The notes beneath the pieces are model-generated. The model ran no database searches. It had not been told where the DNA came from and worked only from the letters and a program-made list of their open reading frames with translations. A DNA stretch of 64,000 bases from Acholeplasmatales bacterium (GTDB lineage Bacteria; Bacillota_I; Bacilli_A; Acholeplasmatales; Anaeroplasmataceae). The stretch covers positions 887-64,886 of the forward strand of contig JAFSJY010000070.1 of assembly GCA_017449215.1 (NCBI GenBank), given 5' to 3'. Below, one piece after another: positions 59,501 to 64,000 of the stretch (position 1 is the first letter of the stretch; the number at the start of each line of letters is the position of its first letter). Both the position numbers and the translations under genes were made by a program.

Positions 59501-60662
59501 TATATTTAGCATCATTAATTCTTACATAGAAGGTATTATTGTAATAATCCTCATAGAAATAATCACCTAAAGTAGCCTTTACTCTTACATTTTTTAAATC
59601 ATTTATATTTAAAGCTACTAAGCCATCTAATTTAATTAAATCATTTAGGTTAACATTTAATTTTAGATTTAAGTCTCTATTACTTTCAGTTTGAAGTGAT
59701 GACACAACCATAGTCATTATGTCATCCTTTTTAGCTTCTAATTTATCAGATAGGGAATCAGCCTTAGGAGCTAAATCTCTATATTTCATAAACCAATCAT
59801 AATATTCTTGATTAAATTTAACATCATCATATGTAAATACATCAGTTACGTCAGTATCTGTTGTTGCCTCAACACCCATAGTTCTCACTGTATAGGTTTC
59901 TTTTATATTTTGAGATAATAATCGATAATTCTTATCAATAGTAAATGTTATTTCTATTGATGAGAAAATAGGTACTATTGTACTTCCAGATGAGGTAATG
60001 ATTTCTCTTCTATACCAAAATGGAGCCTTTTCTCCATCTGGGTCTAAGCTAAATGTAATATTATAGGTGCCATCATTATTATCAATTACATTTATGTTTT
60101 CTTTATTAAGGAATGTTGAATCACAAATAATATAACCATTAGCTTGGAACGGATACCATCCATATCTCTTCTTCATTTCCTTATATGTTACACATTCAGG
60201 ATCATGTTCAGAATCCCATGTAGCTATAGCATCCTTAACCTTAGTAGCTCCTCTTACTAATACCTTATTTTCTTCTTCCTTAAAGAAATATCTTTGAGCC
60301 GCAACTGATACCATTCCCGATGATACTGTAGATATCATAGCCTCACCATTTTTAACAACACGCTCATTAGCTACTTGTTGCTTAGCGATACCTGCATCTG
60401 CTATACCTGTAGTTGTAACACTAAATTCCTTTGCATTAGCAACACTCCATAATGCATATGCAATAACATTTGTTGCCTCATGTTCAGTTGGAAGACTTCC
60501 ATCAGTTGGAGCCTCTAGCAATGTTGTAGTAAATTGTGCTTCTGTTTCCTCTAACTCTACTGGTGCCTTATTTCCTTCTATTATGAAATAAGTTGCCACT
60601 AGTCCACCAGCAGTCAAAATGAAGCCTAAAATACTAAATAGAATAATTAATTTTTTCTTCAT
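56577..60662 (-). CDS. 1361-aa membrane-anchored hypothetical protein with internal repeats
   Basis: N-terminal TM anchor; repeated DKELGIDLNL..GDISFKD..NLDINYN units; Asn/Asp/Ile rich. Confidence 0.8.
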   Translation of the reverse strand: MKKKLIILFSILGFILTAGGLVATYFIIEGNKAPVELEETEAQFTTTLLEAPTDGSLPTEHEATNVIAYALWSVANAKEFSVTTTGIADAGIAKQQVANERVVKNGEAMISTVSSGMVSVAAQRYFFKEEENKVLVRGATKVKDAIATWDSEHDPECVTYKEMKKRYGWYPFQANGYIICDSTFLNKENINVIDNNDGTYNITFSLDPDGEKAPFWYRREIITSSGSTIVPIFSSIEITFTIDKNYRLLSQNIKETYTVRTMGVEATTDTDVTDVFTYDDVKFNQEYYDWFMKYRDLAPKADSLSDKLEAKKDDIMTMVVSSLQTESNRDLNLKLNVNLNDLIKLDGLVALNINDLKNVRVKATLGDYFYEDYYNNTFYVRINDAKYKIDLSDLILDADAELDVDKIVNDLNSGTIVEDGDNIKITSAINLFGVDLNLFFDITNNSGNYSLNYATGNIDLNGFNVELSIEKTDSTIDVIDHSTFSDFDVNALIENITKIVNDKELGIDLNLEYKDINIHAYGDISFKDTLFMNLNLDINYNNLDIKLNAIYDNDIIYISYDDINVSINKDDILYIVNLFTDSIDFNLDSIKDILKNYDIFEIISNIHNLNLNPVKDETTIEVSYKDINISLNALNRSVNKEFDKTKYNSLASIFELLKQNITKDDINNLVDNVKKIINEKELAFDLDLSYDSLDIKANGAISFKEDLFINLDLDIKYNELDMLLNVCYTNNNVYVKYDGLKIKVVKGSILKVINSLFDIDELNIDNIVNVIKPLLGEVNILDIINSIKNIDINATENITNILFEYDKLNLELDINHINVNKEFDDSNYMDLSGLVDKLSESINKDNKDDLINIVKKVISIAKEKEFNINLDLSIYDNDIKHLDVNGNILFYIYENGRFDLEIIGTITEYNTDSSIKMVHSIDLKLISKEYFIKNNIDKYNEDYLFITYGTNPNSPNNLIKMYTPAEDLLSVIGTLTKLLDIDLSFLNNYSTFDFNDIDTEQIKNLFSNNTSLTNIDFNKLLNEMIIGNNKLELDLNLSELLNTSNASTKLVLSVEEKDNYKAYISLDDLYIKEDTRLDINKVSLLNDSVNITLPTVDSSWYDISSIDELVAGLLVTASNKSYEISGEVTLEAGGFFNALSIPFVVKVNVFDDGSFALYANLNYDKSLLASTVIKGKETSFYYMDGYIIIDAKYKGGFMNLSTYHESVKVTVEEFLGDIKYYIFDFGMRLSDLILDSMDSSTTNDNVIDASLVLEAYSSNGKDYNIALNIGELSGISGMGTLSTTISLDEILYNDINVDAIISISSLSLDMFDILEITLNNPITLPNVKEVDGHLMFTDVDMSEYINYFNNYNYEIGEIHTY

Positions 60663-60735
60663 ATTTGCACCTTAATTTAAAGTAAAACAAACTTTACATG
60701 ATATCATTATATACCATTTTTTATAAAAAATAAAC

Positions 60736-60762
60736 AAAAAGACCTAACTTAGTAGTTAGGTC
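60736..60762 (-). terminator. Terminator after ackA
   Basis: GACCTAACT-tagt-AGTTAGGTC with T-tract on the minus strand. Confidence 0.75.
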
Positions 60763-60781
60763 AAATTTAACAAAGATTTAA

Positions 60782-61975
60782 TTACTTAATATTGGCAATT
60801 CTTACAGTGTCACGAGCAATCATTACTTCCTCGTTTGTAGGAATAATCCAAACCTGAATCTTAGAATCTGGTGTAGAAATGATTCTTTCATCAGAGAATG
60901 TATCATTTAACTTTTCATCTAACTTAACACCTAATACACCTAAACGGTCAATGATGTTCTTTCTTAAATGCTTTAAGTTTTCACCCATACCTGCAGTGAA
61001 TGCAATTACATCACAGCCACCCATGTATACATAGTAAGCAGCGATATAGTCAACGATTCTCTTAGCTTGTACGTCGAATGTTAACTTACATCTATGATCT
61101 CCAGCGTTCATACCAGCTGTTACATCACGTGCGTCATTAGAACGACCAGACATACCTAAATATCCAGACTTCTTATTTAAGATATTAACAACCTCAGCAG
61201 CTGTCTTGTTTTCCTTTTCGCAGATGTATGAAACTACAGTTGGATCTAGATTACCAGATCTTGTACCCATTGGGATACCTTCAAGTGGTGTAAGACCCAT
61301 AGATGTATCCTTACACTTACCACCATCAACTGCAGAAATTGAAGCACCGTTACCTAAATGACATACGATAGTCTTAGTCTCTTCAAGTGGCTTGCCGATT
61401 AATTCAGCAGCTCTTTGTGATACATACTTATGAGATGTACCATGAGCACCATACTTACGAATACCATACTTTGTATACCACTCATATGGTGTAGCATACA
61501 TATAAGCCTCTTCTGGCATTGTTTGATGGAATACTGTATCAAATACAACAACCTGTGGAACATTTGGAAGTGCAGCTTGGAAAGCCTTAATACCAATGAT
61601 ATGAGCAGGATTGTGAAGTGGAGCTAAATCAGCTAACTCTTGAATCTTAGCGATAACTGTATCATCAACTAAGCAAGAATCCTTGAAGTATTCACCACCT
61701 TGAACTACACGGTGACCAACACCAGTGATTTCATCAAGTGACTTAACGATACCCTTCTCAATTAAAGTCTTTAATAATAATTCTACGCCTTCCTTATGAG
61801 TAGGTAAAACTGGATGAGTTTCTTCCTTCTTACCATTGTATTTTAATGTGAAGATACCTTCAGCTAAACCAATTCTTTCCATTACACCAGATGTAATAAC
61901 CTTTTCCTCAGGCATATCTAATAATTGGAACTTAATAGATGATGAACCTGCATTAACAGCCATAATTTTTGCCAT
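60782..61975 (-). CDS. ackA: Acetate kinase
   Basis: NAGSSSIK, GHRVVQGG, APLHNP, FDTVFH, CHLGNGAS, MGTRSG, PTNEE. Confidence 0.97.
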   Translation of the reverse strand: MAKIMAVNAGSSSIKFQLLDMPEEKVITSGVMERIGLAEGIFTLKYNGKKEETHPVLPTHKEGVELLLKTLIEKGIVKSLDEITGVGHRVVQGGEYFKDSCLVDDTVIAKIQELADLAPLHNPAHIIGIKAFQAALPNVPQVVVFDTVFHQTMPEEAYMYATPYEWYTKYGIRKYGAHGTSHKYVSQRAAELIGKPLEETKTIVCHLGNGASISAVDGGKCKDTSMGLTPLEGIPMGTRSGNLDPTVVSYICEKENKTAAEVVNILNKKSGYLGMSGRSNDARDVTAGMNAGDHRCKLTFDVQAKRIVDYIAAYYVYMGGCDVIAFTAGMGENLKHLRKNIIDRLGVLGVKLDEKLNDTFSDERIISTPDSKIQVWIIPTNEEVMIARDTVRIANIK

Positions 61976-62012
61976 AATTAAAATCTCCTTTTATTTTTTT
62001 CTTTTTTCTCTT

Positions 62013-62939
62013 TTATTTATTCTTCAAAAACCAAGATTCAATTAATTTTAATGAATCATTAAATTCAATAACATTTGAGAAGCTTGGTAATTTGACCATA
62101 AAGCATTGATCCTTTATTTCCTTCTTTTGAAGTACTAGGATACTCTTAGGCTTTCCTACCTTAAACATATCATCAGGTAGCTCACAAATACCAACAATTG
62201 ATATTTTATCTAATAAAGCCTTTTTAAATTTTTGGTCCTTATCATAATCAAAAAAATCATTTTGTATGATACAAATCATTGAACCATTATCATTTAAACA
62301 ATCAACCATATGTAGCATTGCCTCATATGGGAAGAATTTATCATTCTCATATAAGCATGTTGGAATATCAGATACTACAATATCCATATTAGATAAATTT
62401 AAGCTCATCATATCCTGCATGAATATTTCTACATTAGTATCCATTAAATCAGCTGATATTTTAGTAAGCTTAGTCATCCATGGATCTATATCACATGCAT
62501 ATAATGATGTCTTCTTATCTAAATAATTAGATATAGTAAATATTAAATTACCAACACCACACATTGGGTCGAAAACATTTATTTCCTTTTTATCTGTTAG
62601 CTTAGTAATCAAATATGACATAAATATTCCTAGGGTATCAGGAGTAGTATTTCCATTTGGAATTCTCATTTCCTTAAAGCCTCTAAGAATAATAGATTGA
62701 AGTGCCTTTCTAATATCTTCTACTGAAAAATCTACATTATCAAGCTTCTTATAAATCTTCTTTAGCTTTTTAACATATGATTCATCAACATCTGATAAAA
62801 CCTTACCTTCAAGAATGTTATCAGCAGTCATTTCAATTAATTCAAAATAATTTGATTTAGTTGCTTCATATAATAAATTATTTGATTCATCTAATACATC
62901 ATAAAACAATTCTAGATTGCTAATTTTAACATCCTGCAT
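62013..62939 (-). CDS. YtxK-like class I SAM-dependent methyltransferase
   Basis: TTPDTLG, FDPMCGVGNL, VVSDIP; conserved position upstream of ackA. Confidence 0.85.
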   Translation of the reverse strand: MQDVKISNLELFYDVLDESNNLLYEATKSNYFELIEMTADNILEGKVLSDVDESYVKKLKKIYKKLDNVDFSVEDIRKALQSIILRGFKEMRIPNGNTTPDTLGIFMSYLITKLTDKKEINVFDPMCGVGNLIFTISNYLDKKTSLYACDIDPWMTKLTKISADLMDTNVEIFMQDMMSLNLSNMDIVVSDIPTCLYENDKFFPYEAMLHMVDCLNDNGSMICIIQNDFFDYDKDQKFKKALLDKISIVGICELPDDMFKVGKPKSILVLQKKEIKDQCFMVKLPSFSNVIEFNDSLKLIESWFLKNK

Positions 62940-62986
62940 ATTTTATTTCACCATAGTGATTATACCATAAATAAATTCAAAGTAAA

Positions 62987-63643
62987 TTATTCATTTAATG
63001 ATTTAATATATTGTAATAACGCTTTTATATCATCAAATACTTTATCACTTTTTTCTAGCAATAATTCCTTATCTCTGTACCCATAAGAAACGAAAGCTCC
63101 TAATATATTTGCGTTAGCAACTGTTTCAATATCAACATCACTATCGCCAATATATAAGACTTTATTCTTATTTTTTACACCAAGCTTATCCATAGCATAA
63201 TAAATGATATTAGGGTCCGGTTTTCTATTTAAGCCGATATTCATTTGGTCACCTAATACTAAATCAAAATAGCCATCAAAATGAGAATCTATCAATTCCT
63301 TAGCTGCCGTATAAACCTTATTAGTAACAACACCCATTTTAATGTTCTTCTCTTTTATATAATCTAATAATTCATAAATATAAGGATAAGGCTTCGTATG
63401 TACATTACAATTCTTAAAATAATATTCTTTAAATTTTTGGTGCATCACATCAATATTCTCTAAATTAAAATTGACACACCTCTTTATAAGCATTAAAATA
63501 CCATTACCGATGTTTTTTCTAACATCCTCTTTTGATATCTTATTATATCCAAATTCGCTTATTGCATAATTAACAGCATCTCTTAAATCTTCTAATGTAT
63601 CTAGGATAGTGCCGTCTAAGTCGAATAAAATTGCATCAAGCAT
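62987..63643 (-). CDS. HAD family hydrolase (phosphoglycolate phosphatase-like)
   Basis: FDLDGT, VVTNK, KPDP, IGDSDVD. Confidence 0.9.
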   Translation of the reverse strand: MLDAILFDLDGTILDTLEDLRDAVNYAISEFGYNKISKEDVRKNIGNGILMLIKRCVNFNLENIDVMHQKFKEYYFKNCNVHTKPYPYIYELLDYIKEKNIKMGVVTNKVYTAAKELIDSHFDGYFDLVLGDQMNIGLNRKPDPNIIYYAMDKLGVKNKNKVLYIGDSDVDIETVANANILGAFVSYGYRDKELLLEKSDKVFDDIKALLQYIKSLNE

Positions 63644-63892
63644 AAAAATCACCTCAATATTTCGAATTTTATTCAAAACAATTCTATCATAGTATAACTG
63701 CTATGTAAAATATTATACAAAAAATCACATTTTTGTCATTTTTTTGGAATAAAATTTGTTAAAAATATATTTTCTTAAATTTTTGTACAAAAAATGCTTT
63801 AATTTTCGAATATAGTGTGCTATACTACATTTGTCGTTGCTCAAGGCAACAATATAACATATAGAAAGAAAACATAGAGAGGTTAAATAATT

Positions 63893-64000
63893 ATGGCTTT
63901 TAAAAATGCTTATGTAAAATCAGTTTATGAAGACCTAGTTAAGAAGAACGAAGGTCAAAAAGAATTCTTACAAGCTGCTCAAGAAATTTTAGAGTCACTT
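63893..64000 (+). CDS. gdhA: NADP-specific glutamate dehydrogenase, 5' fragment (runs off the window)
   Basis: MAFKNAYVKSVYEDLVKKNEGQKEFLQAAQEILESL; GAGG SD. Confidence 0.75.
   Translation, partial: MAFKNAYVKSVYEDLVKKNEGQKEFLQAAQEILESL

Noticed and set aside
60685-60716. dif-like site (minus strand ..TATAATGATATCATGTAAAGT)
   Set aside because: Only the XerD-like arm partly matches; better explained as the -10 region of the 56577-60662 gene.
3769-62526. Numerous short plus-strand ORFs antisense to long genes (e.g. 6492-6788, 16224-16451, 35740-36114, 48403-48846, 51192-51509)
   Set aside because: Fully antisense to well-supported genes, with no motifs; expected shadow frames.
1-64000. Mycoplasma-type genetic code 4
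   Set aside because: Long conserved genes translate fully under code 11, Trp is TGG, and several genes end in TGA with TGATG coupling.

Overview
AT-rich bacterial chromosome segment read with the standard code (TGA acts as stop). Gene content suggests a Bacillota/Acholeplasmatales-like (Anaeroplasma-type) genome; this is an inference. Almost all genes are on the minus strand. The right part (40.2-64 kb) is mostly core: rlmD, a GH43, rseP-dxr-cdsA, frr-pyrH-tsf-rpsB, xerC-trmFO, ackA-ytxK-like, a HAD hydrolase and the start of gdhA. A small islet (MFS-like protein, small membrane protein, two paralogous micro-peptides) sits where uppS usually lies. Everything left of the rlmD 3' end looks accessory. 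(i) A 2.2-kb islet is flanked by an exact 71-bp duplication of the rlmD 3' end. (ii) A ~21.5-kb co-oriented run under a DtxR/SirR-type promoter encodes ABC exporters, an MptD-type ECF transporter, giant lipoproteins and NEAT/Shp-like proteins, and contains one chimeric deletion-junction ORF. (iii) A 16-kb patchwork of cassettes is delimited by degenerate 'HVETV' (rlmD-att-like) sites and carries a large serine recombinase remnant, tandem AAA ATPases, gene relics and two redox cassettes. The most striking candidate system is a six-gene operon in which an ACGX-repeat peptide and its radical SAM/SPASM enzyme are directly coupled to a Zn-macrodomain and a class M sirtuin (SirTM), in place of the usual GcvH-L/LplA lipoyl module. 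No tRNA, rRNA or CRISPR array was seen. All family assignments come from motif recognition by eye; no database searches were run.
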